Source: Macrostomum lignano (lineage: Eukaryota). Taken from it: a DNA stretch of 64,000 nucleotides. The stretch lies in NCBI GenBank assembly GCA_002269645.1, contig NIVC01001411.1, positions 62,001 through 126,000 on the forward strand, written 5' to 3'. The translations under genes were made by a program, and so were the position numbers. The notes under the pieces were generated by a model, which was not told the DNA's origin, searched no databases, and worked only from the letters and a program-made list of their open reading frames with translations. Below are positions 34,546 to 46,071 of the stretch, in pieces. How positions within the stretch are numbered: the stretch's first letter is position 1; every line of letters starts with the position of its first letter.

Positions 34546-36828
34546 CCCCTCTTCACCTCATTGCCCACTCTCTAGTAAAAAATGCAAAGAAATTGTTTTA
34601 CATAAATAAGGAAGTCAGTCGAAGAACAAAGACTGCAATCTCAAACACTGAGTCCTCTACAATTCGGTGATTGACACGGCAGGACTCAGTGAAGGAGGAA
34701 GGAAGCTGCTTGAAGATGGTGAAAGTGATGCAGGACCGCGGCCCGGAGGACAGAGGCTGGCGAAAGCTGCGAATCCAAGAGTGAGGTGGAGGGGCAGAAA
34801 GATTTACAATAAATCGACTTTTCTTGTTTGGATCCATTTTTTCTCACGGCAGAAGTTGTTAATTAACAAGGGTGTGGCGGCTGCTAGCGGGGGGGGGTGT
34901 TAGAAGCGCGAAGGTGGGGGCTGAGAGGCAAGCGGCTTGAGTCCCGATAATGCCGACCTGCTCGGGCACTGGCGGAGTATCGGCTTTTTGCCTTCCTTCT
35001 AATGCTCCCCTTTAGGGAGAAAATATTCTGGGGAGTTAAGGGGGTGGGGAATTTGATCCTCAGACCGTGGGGGCTTGAGCTGCGCTGAGCAGGTTTTGCG
35101 GAACCCCTGAAGTGGGTAAAAAACTGCCTCTGGCAAACAGAATAAGTGCGGCAGCTTTTTCACAATGAAGTCGAAGTAAATCCTATAGGGGGGGGGGAGG
35201 GCGCGCCAGCTTCAAGACAGCTCGGTGCTTCCCAGCCGGGATTCGAAGTCCTGAGCCCGAGTATCTCCTGCGCCGTAATGGTCTATTTAAGTCTTGAGTA
35301 CAATGCTCTGAGCAGCTTTGCTCTTCTATCTGCTCAGGCATCAGCTGCCCCATCATTATCTGTGTGGGTGGAAGGACTTCTCGGCCATCCTTTTTTAAAG
35401 ATTCTGAGCGACGAACTGAGCAATTTCTCGAGCTCAAAGAGAGCAGTCATGAGGACTGCGGGCAATTATTTGTAAGGAATCTCCTGGCTTTTTGTGCGAG
35501 AGAAGTTTGCAAATAACTAAGTAGCAGAGTAGAGGCAGCTCACCATGATGCCGGAAACACTTTGAGAGTCTGCAGCAGAGCAGAAATTGCTACTGGCAGA
35601 TCGGGGGCGAAGTCCGCGGTTCGAATCCAGCACCCAAGCAGTTTAACCTGAGCCCTGCTGAGCATCAGCAGTATAAGTAACGGACACTCCCAAGCATGGC
35701 TGAGCCGCCTGTCACAGTGCGGCCAATCAAAACTGCCCCGTGAGGCCGGTGGCAGAGCTGTGAGGTGAGAGAGAGAGCCGGTGGCGGGGGTCCATAGCGA
35801 CCCGCTGCTCCCATTGCTCAAAGTTTTAGCCCCGGCAATTTTATTGGGGATGGAGTTGAGCTGAGTGAGCCGCTGCTCATGATGACAAAATGGCCCGGCA
35901 GGATGGGGGGTGCTGGAGACAGCCGCGATCCCCCAGCATCTCCGTCCTCCGCCACCCCCCCGTCTCTCCGTGTGAATAATAATTATTTTTCATGAATTGC
36001 CCGGAGAGATCAGTGGGGATATTGGGGACTGGCTTGGGGTGGCGGAACTTCTGCCCAAGTGGAAATTGAAGAGCCGGACTGACGGCTTGGAGAATGCTTA
36101 TTATCCAGTCTGTATTGATTTTTTTTCCAAAAATCTTTTTATTCCTTTTCGAACTGCTCGCTTTGGCATTTGCGTGCCCCGACTGAGGTCCTGCACTCCT
36201 TGCTGCTCCTGCAGAACTCCAACCAGGCAAGGCACGGGGATTGCCATCGTTTAGGGTTATTAACAAATGAGTTGGCGCCCTGCACCGCATATTTTATTTA
36301 ACAGTCCACGCCGTGTTTGTGTAAATGAACTCAGCCGGACAATGGTGGATGGGGCTGGAGTGGGCAGCGGAGGCTGGGTGGTGGGGTGGGTGCGCAGAGT
36401 GCCATTCTGCTGGTAGCGGGGAGAGGCGCCCCACGCGCGCGCGCAGACTTCCCAGTGGGATGGGATAATTATGGAATTATCATCGCTCACGCGGGTTTTA
36501 TGACAATTCAATTGTATGCTGGGCCCTGAGCTGAGGTGAGCATCCTTGATCTGCTTGCAGGCAATCGGCAGGTAACAGCGGTTTGCTTCTCATGGCCTTT
36601 AATTATCTGTTCAGGCATTTTTGCATCGGGGCGGCTTCGGGCTCTCAGCTTGCTATTTAATGTGAGCGGCAGTCCGCGGTGACTCAGCGCTGAGTAGCCT
36701 GCAAAATCAGCAACATTTTACACGCAGTTTGTGTAATATCTGTCACAAGTTTTGGGGTGAGGATTTAGTTAATCGTTGCCACTATAGTTTCTTTATTTTA
36801 TCCACTAACTGCAGGAACATTGTTTCAG

Positions 36829-37135
36829 CACACCTAAGTCTACTTTGAGCACACCTAAGCCTACTTTGAGCACACCTTAGTCTACTTTGAGCACACCTTA
36901 AGTCTACTTTGAGCAGACAAAAGCCTACTTTGAGCACACCTAAGCCTACTTTGAGCACACCTTAGTCTACTTTGAGCACACCTAAACCTACTTTGAGCAC
37001 ACCTAAACCTACTTTGAGCACACCTTAGTCTACTTTGAGCACACCCAAGCCTACTTTGAGCACACCTTAAACCTACTTTGAGCACACTTCAGTCTACTTT
37101 GAGCACACCTTAAGTCTACTTTGAGCACACCTAAA
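36829..37135. repeat. 21/22-bp minisatellite (CTACTTTGAGCACACCTAAGC)
   Basis: About 14 copies. Confidence 0.94.
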
Positions 37136-38413
37136 CTGACTTTTGGCATTTATGAGTCGTCCACTTTGAGCATAGTTTGAGCACAGTGAAAATTCTCCAT
37201 GCTGTTTACTCCACTTGAAGTCAAACAACAAGTCAACCCATCGCACTCTGAAATCGAGCCCACATCAACGTCGAATTTTCGTTCTAATTAAAAATTCGAT
37301 TTAAATTTTCCTTCCCAACGCGGCAGCAAATTTGAAATTTGAGTCGGGTTTCTTGATTAGTCGGACTCGGGTTTCGGGTGGACAAATGTCCTGTTGTTTT
37401 ACACTTTACTACTCAAAGTAGGCAGCTGCGCAAATTTTCCCGCCGTGTGAAAAAATCATTTTAAGTTGGCAATTCTAAGAACAGCAGCCCATCACCTGAG
37501 CCTGTCAATCAACTCGCGGAGTGGAGGGGAGAGCGGCGTTAACGAGCTGCACTCGCCAGTCTGGAATCCCTATATTTGAGCAGCAATAAAGTGCTCAGGC
37601 AAATATTCATCGAGGTAGGCCTCCCAGTCAGCTATCAGCAGGCTCTCTGCATTCCTGCTTGTTCTCCCCGGCTCCATGGCAACGCAGCAGCATGCAGTTT
37701 TCTCTCTAACCCCTGCTCTCTCCCCCTGTCCCTGCTCCATCAGCTACAATACGATTCCGCATTCCCCAAATCATCGCTACTGGGAGCAGAGAATTCGCAG
37801 ATTACAATCTGAATGCGTTAAATGCGGGTTGAAGAGCGAGAGAGGGGGGCAGGAGGGCCAGCAAAAATCACTAGAAGCAGTTTCATTCTCAACAATAGCG
37901 ATTTCGTGAATGCGAGGTCGCCGTTCGCAATTCACAGCAGTGTGTGCGGCCTCCTGAGACCGTGGAACGTTGAAAAAGCGCTTGGGTCAATTGATGAATA
38001 GAGGCAGTAGCAGAAATGCAGCTGGGGCTGACTTGAGATGGAGGAGAGAGAGCGGGGGCGGGGGCAGAGAAGCCAAAGAATTAGAAAATGCTTAGCGCTG
38101 GTCTTGACTGCTGCAGCGACTCATGATTAGCGCTTAGAGGGGCTGCTCTGCATTCCTGGCTCTCCCACCCCCCTGCGTGTCTGCCTGCGTGCACAGCCCA
38201 GCTGCTTGTGGCCTCAGCCAATGAGAACTCGCTAGAGACACACGCGGATGAAGGAGAGATACTGCCGTGGCAGAAAACAAGTCGACTTGAGGCCATAAAT
38301 CTCTGGCGCGGTAAACAGCTATTTTCAAATATTTAAAACAGAAACTGCTTGTTAGCAGCCTTTTCTGCGAATTCCTTGTTTGCCAGGCGATTACAATTCG
38401 AATTTGAGCCGTC

Positions 38414-41400
38414 ATGACGGACGCGATTTTGATGCTCGACCGAGTGAGCCGCGCCCTGACCGAGCCGCCCAGCGACCGGAACGAGGACGACCTGGTGATG
38501 ATCATGAACTGGTTCAAGGACTTGTCCAGGGCCGAGGAGAAGAAGGGGAAAGTCTGCGTGCTGGGCGAGCTGGACGACGGTGAGTTTGAAAATGCATTTT
38601 TGGCCTGCTTTGGTGCCTTTGTGACTTGAAGATCTCGTGCCGTTGGGGCTGACAGCGAGTTGCTCATAGGGTTCAGCGGTAAGCCGGTCTGACTCGCGAC
38701 CCCTGGTTCGACCTTTACGCGACCAATTTTATTTGGGGATTGAGCATGAAAACTGACCAGGCTGTTGGCGTGCGATTCACGCCCACGAGGGTAGAGTTAG
38801 AATAAGGGTAGGGTGGTTTTAGTTCGATTTTCTGCCCTGTGAAATTACTATAGTTAATGAACGGCAGGGGTTGCTGGTCTGATAAGGGTGTGTACATTGT
38901 GGGCGGCAGGGGTTGCTGGTCTGATAAGGGTGTGTACATTGTGGGCGACAGGGGTTGCTGGTCTGATAAGGGTGTGTACATTGTGGGCGGCAGGAGTTGC
39001 TGGTCTGATAAGTGTGTGTACATTGTGGGCGGCAGGGGTTGCTGGTCTGATAAGGGTGTGTACATTGTGGGCGGCAGGGATTGCTGGTCTGATAAGGGTG
39101 CTGGTAAGGTTCAGGGAGTTGGTGGACAAAAGGTGGAGAGAAAGTTATGGACGGAGGATGTAGCGTTTCTTCCCGTACAGCCACTCATATCCATGGAGCT
39201 CCTATTGAAATCTGCGCATCTGTAAGCTAAAGGTGCTCAGTGCCATGCACAGACGAGCAGTATAGTTCAGTTGTAAAAGTTGAGAAGCCCGCCTACGTTG
39301 CGAAGTTCCCTTTTTATATAAAAAACAAGAAATTTGCCATTGTAAAGTAAAGAAGGTTTTTCACGTAAGTTTTGAAACCTTTGCTTTGAAAAATTCATCA
39401 CTATAGCTAGCTGGCAGCCAAGGGGGGCACAGATGATGAGTTCTGCTCTTCAGAGCGAGACTATCAACGACAATGACAGCTACTCACGGGTGGCACACCC
39501 TGGCTACTAAAAGACTGCTAGCAGCGAACATACTTAAATTTAGCTGCAGAATTCAGACCCCAGTTTGCAGCGTACATTTTGTAGCCGCTGCGGCATTTTC
39601 CATAGCCAGTCCGACAGAGAATGACAGACGGCCGCTGTCAAAGTCCCAGGTTTTGCGTCTCTGAAAATGCCGCAAATTGAGAAGAGATTGATGCAGCCCT
39701 CTGAGGCTGGGTTCAAGTGGACTCGAGCAAAGATGCTTTTAGCTTTTACTAAAAAACATAGAACAAGTGCACTTGAGTGTTTGGTCAAACTGGAAAATGA
39801 TGAGGCATTTGAGGGTTACCGTTGACAGAACCAACTCAATGCGAATCAATAGCAGATTGACAGCGAAATTCGAAGTCGGTTGAGGGCAGATTCAGAGTCG
39901 ATTGAGGGCAGATTCAGAGTCGATTGAGGGCAGATTCAGAGTCGATTGAGGGCAGATTCAGAGTCAAATGAGGGCAGATTCAGAGTCAAATGAGGGCAGA
40001 TTCAGAGTCGATTGGGGGCAGATTCAGAGTCAAATGAGGGCAGATTCAGAGTCAAATGAGGGCAGATTCAGAGTCAAATGAGGGCAGATTCAGAGTCAAA
40101 TGAGGGCAGATTCAGAGTCAAATGAGGGCAGATTCAGAGTCAAATGAGGGCAGATTCAGAGTCGATTGAGGGCAGATTAAACTTAGATCGATTGAGTCTA
40201 CATTGATCTGAAGTAGAAGTTGATGACTCTTGAACGCCTCTCATCACAACCGCGCCGCAGGTGTGCTGAAGGCCCTCGTCAAAGACTCGGTGCTGGAGAC
40301 GTGGGAAACTGGCCGCATCCTCATCAAGCAGGGCAACACAGGCGACTTCATGTACATCATCCTGTCCGGCGAGTGCGAGGTCCGCGTCTCCAGCAACGAG
40401 AACTCCTGGAAGGAGGGCGACGTCATCCTGGGCGGGCAAAAGGAGTTTGGCGACGCGCTGGGCTTTCTGGTCGGCGTGGTGGGGCGTGAGTTTACTGGAC
40501 TAGCAATCCGCACTCAGGGGTTGCCAATCCCAATGGGCTCGAGCATTAATCGCCAGCCCTACAAGGATTGCTATTGTGAAGCTACAAAGACCCGAGGGCC
40601 GGAGCTTGCCGACCCCTGCTATAGAGCACGTATATTTACCAGGCTCACGAGGAATTGCAGAAGTGATTATTAGTAAATTAGCAAACGACTTCGTAAGAAT
40701 TATTGTATAAGACATCAGAGTGAAAAATTCATGACTTGAAGTTCTTTAATCGGCCTTATAGCAGCTCTGAGATGAGGATAAATACAGGGTGGCAGAATTC
40801 TACCCCCACTGGTCACTCCTGGGTTGTTAAGCTGCATCAGCTGCATCTACAGCATGACGTCACTCTCCGTCCCTCTCCCCCCTCAGCCGGCTCGGTGATC
40901 GGCGAGGTCGCCCTGGTGAAGAACGTGACCCGCACAGCCAACGTGATCGTGAGCCCCAGCACCGAGGCCTGCACTCTCATCCGGATCTCTCGCGACCTGT
41001 TCAACCGCACCCTGCAGGAGCAGCTGCGCAGACTCGAGCAGGAGCGCGAGGACTTCACCAATGGGTTCCATCTGGTGAGCAACTTCAACCCGAAGCTTAG
41101 GCAGCAGTTTATCCGAGCCCTGATGAAGGAAAAGCACTACAATGGCGACATCATTGTACGACAGGGCGACAAGATTGAGGACATCTACTTTATCGTCAGG
41201 TAAATCGAAAAATGAAGGGAAAGAAAGCGAGCTTGCGTGCCAAGGGCACGGGTCACTTCTCGCTTGATGCATCTAGGGAGCTGGGTTACCATTTTTGATC
41301 TCCTGGGACGCCATTTTTGATGCCAGGGCGCCATTTTTGATGCCAAAGCGCCATTTTTGATGCCAGGGCGCCATTTTTGATGCCAGGGCGCCATTTTTGA

Positions 41401-42306
41401 TGCCAAAGCGCCATTTTTGATGCCAGGGCGCCATTTTTGATGCCAGAATGCCATTTTTGATGCCAGGGCGCCATTTTTTATGCCAGGGCGCCATTTTTGA
41501 TGCCAGGGCGCCATTTTTGATGCCAGGGCGCCATTTTTGATGCCAGGGCGCCATTTTTGATGCCAGGGCGCCATTTTTGATGCTAGGGTGCCATTTTTGA
41601 TGCCAGGTGCGCTGTTTAAAGTGGCTGCCCTTTAGAAAGCAACTTCGGGAGCCACTTTGGTGTTTATGGGACACGGGGAATTTCGATTCAAGGCTTGGGC
41701 GCCATTGAACAACATCAACTTTCGCCACGCTATAAACCACCTGAATATTTCTAACTGGCTTACCGCAGCGGTGACGTCATCCTGTACCTGAACCCCAACA
41801 AGTTGGTGTCCCAGTACGAGCTGCACCTGCAGGCCAAGAATGTGTACTCAATTTTGCCCGAGGCCTCCAAAAAGCCACCGGGCGGTCTGCTGCACCGTCA
41901 CGTGACCACGCCGCGGCCGCAGGACAGTAACGGCTTCGGCTCGCCGACTCTGCCGCTGTCGATGCAGCCGATGAGCGGCAGCACGAAGGTGATCTGGAGC
42001 TGCGTCAGCAAGAACGGCATGCTGGGCGACTTCGAGGTGCTCGCCCAGCTGCCCAGCCGCATGACAACGGCCGTGGCGCAGACGGAGACGGTGCTGTTCC
42101 GCATGAACCTGCCCGAGTTCCGCCGCCTGGTGATCAAGGAGGGCCGCGAGACCGACAAGGAGGCGCGCAGCCTGGCGAAAACGGCGCTGCGCTACCGCAA
42201 CGGCAAGCGCCGGGAGAAGCTGGACGCGCGCGGTCAGACGGAGAGCGAAGTGAGCTTTGTTGACTACCTGATCCGGGCCATCGACCAGCTGGCCATGCCA
42301 ACCTGA
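38414..42306 (+). CDS. Protein with two cyclic-nucleotide-binding domains (CNBD2-like), about 413 aa
   Basis: Exons 38414-38579, 40261-40485, 40887-41199 and 41769-42306 are GT-AG and phase compatible (1242 nt). Motifs LIKQGNTGDFMYIILSG, IGEVALVKNVTRTANV, IVRQGDKIEDIYFIVSG and LGDFEVLAQLPSRMTTAV. A further acceptor at about 38386 lies upstream of the ATG. Confidence 0.87.
38862..39100. repeat. 42-bp minisatellite in CNBD intron 1
   Basis: Unit GGCAGGGGTTGCTGGTCTGATAAGGGTGTGTACATTGTGGGC, about 5.5 copies. Confidence 0.94.
39880..40177. repeat. 22-bp minisatellite (GAGGGCAGATTCAGAGTCAAAT) in CNBD intron 1
   Basis: About 13 copies. Confidence 0.95.
41288..41606. repeat. 20-bp minisatellite (GCCATTTTTGATGCCAGGGC) in CNBD intron 3
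   Basis: About 16 copies. Confidence 0.95.
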
Positions 42307-43949
42307 CATGTTCAATGCAGATTTTTCCTGGATTCATTTCCCCCTGATCTTCTGAGCGAACTTTCTATTTTTAGATCGTACTTCGTACTTTGTGCCCTCG
42401 CTAGTTTCCATTAATCCCAGCCTTTCCTTTTCTGTTCACTGGTCGGCCCTCCAGGATGCTTCGCTACAAAGCAATCATTAAAACTTTTCCAGGTTCAATT
42501 TGACTGCTCCGGCTTTATTTGCCGTCAAATTTATTTGTTTTAGCCAGCAGTCTTTTAGCTTTTTGAAACTGTGCCCCATGCAGTTTGCCAATGCATGAAT
42601 TGAAAAGAACTATTTACAGGTAGATTATTCACTTTACCAATCAATTTAACTTTGTACTTTTACATGTCGTGGATGCACTTACAACCAGTAGTATGTTGCA
42701 GGAGCAATTAATCACTATGTATAGATACCGAAGTACTATAAAAATTTGAAGCTTTGATGCGAAAATAATCTATTTCTTTGAAATTAATTTTCTTACTAAA
42801 CTCAGTTTTTACTCTATTCAAGTTGGTCTACATTGACATCGGCTCTTCTATACAGAAGTTGCAGCACAATTGGCACTTATTACAGAAAGCACAATCTGCA
42901 CTAATTACAACACAATTGGCACTAATTACAGCACAATCGGAACTAATTACAGCCCAATGCTATTTATAGCCCCGGTGCTTACACAGAGCAGTCTAAGACT
43001 GAGCTTCGTAAATAATAAATAACTAATTAGTAGGCAGCTTTGCACGATAAGAGATTAAGCGAAGCTGCCGCACTCTGTTTTGAGTAAACCTGACCCCACC
43101 GAGCTCAACTTGGCTACCGAAAGAAAATGAAATAAATCTTCTGTCATGAATAAAAGCCGAACTTGAAGCTGGAATCTCTTTGAACTTACCCAATTTAAGC
43201 TGCAGCACCTAGCCAAAAGAGGCCATTGTCTGGCTGACTTCGCACAAATTCAAAAACATTTGGGTGCTGGAAGAGACAGGCGCGGGTCTCCAGAACAACC
43301 CGAGCAGAAGCCGGGTGGATGCATTCGATGTCGCTGTGAGCGCCTGGCCCATTCTGGCATCCGACATCGGTGAACCGACGCTGCCAGACAACAAGGTCCT
43401 CGGATGTCACTTGTTGAAGGCTACACATGTAAGCAGAGCGAGCACGAGCCCCTGGAGTTACCGTGGAGTCGAATGACAAATCCTAATTGATCGAGCATTC
43501 TACGAGCTAGGTTGGCGACAGTCCTCTCGGTAGAGTGGCAATTTAAATCTGGTTGAGAAACAACTCCACCTAAAGCTTTACTCCTTGCATAAACTTTGTG
43601 CTTCTAATAGGCATCTACGAATCTCCAACGCACATTTATACCATAGCAGTGTTCATGGCCTCTCAAGGATGCGCTCAACAAGCAATCAAGAAACAATGAG
43701 CTGCAATTTTTACAGCTGGTATTAGCAATTCGTAGCTCTGAGCACGAGCAAGAAGGTAAAATATTCCAGGATTTCGTATTACGAGAAACACACACTCACA
43801 CACACACACACACTGTACGCTTCCATGCCGCGTATTTTTGCTTAAGAGGCTAAAAAACGAACTTTAAAATTGCATTTCGATAGCAATGGTCCTGTTGCTT
43901 TTTCATTGATGAGACAGAGATGGGAACGGCTGAAATTTTGTGACTCTCG

Positions 43950-44330
43950 GGGGGGTATTGCTGAGATGTCAAGGCTGATGGGGGTATTGCTGAGATGTCA
44001 AGGCTGATGGGGGAATTGCTGAGATGTCAAGGCTGATGGGGGAATTGCTGAGATGTCAAGGCTGATGGGGGTATTGCTGAGATGTCAAGGCTGATGGGGG
44101 TATTGCTGAGATGTCAAGGCTGATGGGGGTATTTCTGAGATGTCAAGGCTGATGGGGGTATTGCTGAGATGTCAAGGCTGATGGGGGAATTGCTGAGATG
44201 TCAAGGCTGATGGGGGTATTGCTGAGATGTCAAGGCTGATGGGGGAATTGCTGAGATGTCAAGGCTGATGGGGGAATTGCTGAGATGTCAAGGCTTACGG
44301 GGAGAATTTTTGAGACGTCAAGGCTAATGC
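43950..44330. repeat. 29-bp minisatellite (GCTGAGATGTCAAGGCTGATGGGGGWATT)
   Basis: Period 29 (44047, 44076), about 12 copies. Confidence 0.95.
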
Positions 44331-46071
44331 AGGAATTGCTGAAATGCTGTGGCTCATGGGGGCTGCTCAGAGGCTTGGATTCCAAAGCTCACAGGGGATG
44401 CCGATATCTTAGGCTAGATAGCTGGCTTTCAGGGCGAATGTTTTTTGCTTTAAACGTCATTTTTCTTAAGAAGCTAGCAAGTGTTTGCACAAGGTCAGAA
44501 CCTTACATGTAGTTATGCAAGAACTTTTATTTTTTTCTTTGTTGCTTCTTCCGCGGAGGGGGGCGCAGCTTGCTAGTCATATATACTAAAACTTTTTGCC
44601 TAAAATTTCAGAGTTCGCTTTTGTATGTATGGTGGCTTTCCTAACTATTCCAATTTCATAGAGGGCAGAGCTTGGGGAGCTTCCTGATGGCTCATGCATA
44701 ACACAGAAGCTGCCGAGCCGCCAATCTTACTGATTGCTTTTCTGCGGAACTCGGGTCAGAGTGGCCGGTCTATCTATCTGCAACAACAAAGTCAGTTCAG
44801 ACTAATCAGCCTGGCCAGACTAATCAGAAGTCTTAATCCTTTTTATCGGCGTGTTCCGGCCGCGGGGAAGGCAAAGCGGGGAGTTGAGACTGTCTTAGAA
44901 TTTTTTGAACTCTTTCCCCCCAAAGTGCACTTTTTCATCGCCGAACAAAACGTCCCGAGTCCGGCCACGAGACGTGTCTCATTCCAGTGCGCGACGAATT
45001 TTTTTACTAAGTAAAAATTCAAGCTCAAGTTCTAAGAGAAATTGAAACACAGCGTTGGCGAGACAAATGTTGCAAGTGCTCCCAGCATCGAAGTCGGAGG
45101 CGGATTTGCATCGACTGACAGCAACTGGGCTGAGGCTGAGGCACATCCCAGGGGATTCAATGCGATTTTGCCAACAAAAATCGAAGGCAGACTCGGCCGC
45201 TGCTGCGGGAATGCAATTGCCAGGGGGAACAAGGAGTTGAACAGGAATCCAGGCGAGTAAGGTATAGGATAAGAAAAGCAGTTTGCGCACGAAAATCTTG
45301 GCATAAATTGATTTATTCCGCTAAAGTCACTGCGCGGCTCCGGCAGGCCAAATAAAAGCTGGAAATAGAGTCAGAGAGGATGGAAGGCGCCATAAGTGCA
45401 TTCCATTTCCAAGAATGCAATTGCTCCCGACCAGTTTATGAGGAAGAATTCCCTGAACTAGCAGAGCGCGCGCCGCAGCTCGAATATTAACAGTGCTATA
45501 GCGGTCAGCGAGGACTCAGCTGGCGCAGCCGGGCAATCTCAGGTCGGAGATGCCCCGACATCATTTGTCGCTGATTTTCAACGTCCAAATGGGGGAACGG
45601 GCAGCAAAACACTTCTTATACTAATGGAGTGCGACCGAATCCCTTCGGGGAGTTGAAGTGGCCGAGCGTCCTCTCCACCCCCGAGCCGGACCAAGTCGTG
45701 ACCGAGAGGAGCTGCCGAACTCCCTACACGGCCTTTCTAATTTAACTGTGCAGGCCGATGACGTGCCACACTCTCACCTGGCATCCAGACGGAGAGGCGC
45801 GAGACAGAAAATAATTAAGTTCTGTCATTCAACTTTTTTAGGTCTCGAAAGAAAGTTCTTTTAACTCTAAAAAATCGGAAAATGACATTGCGGGTGATAA
45901 ATCTGTAGCCTATTAATATTGTTTCATTTAGTCAATGGAATAATCACCGCAGTTTTGATCAGTTTAATCAAGAGTATTGATAGAAAATCATCGATTTATC
46001 AAATTCGAATACGCGCGATTCGTCCAATCAGAAACTTTGAGAGTTTAAAGTTCAATTTGCTCATCCAGGAT

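Noticed and set aside
43209-43479. Small ORFs with a possible donor (ACAT/GTAAGC)
   Set aside because: No recognisable domain and no partner exon found.
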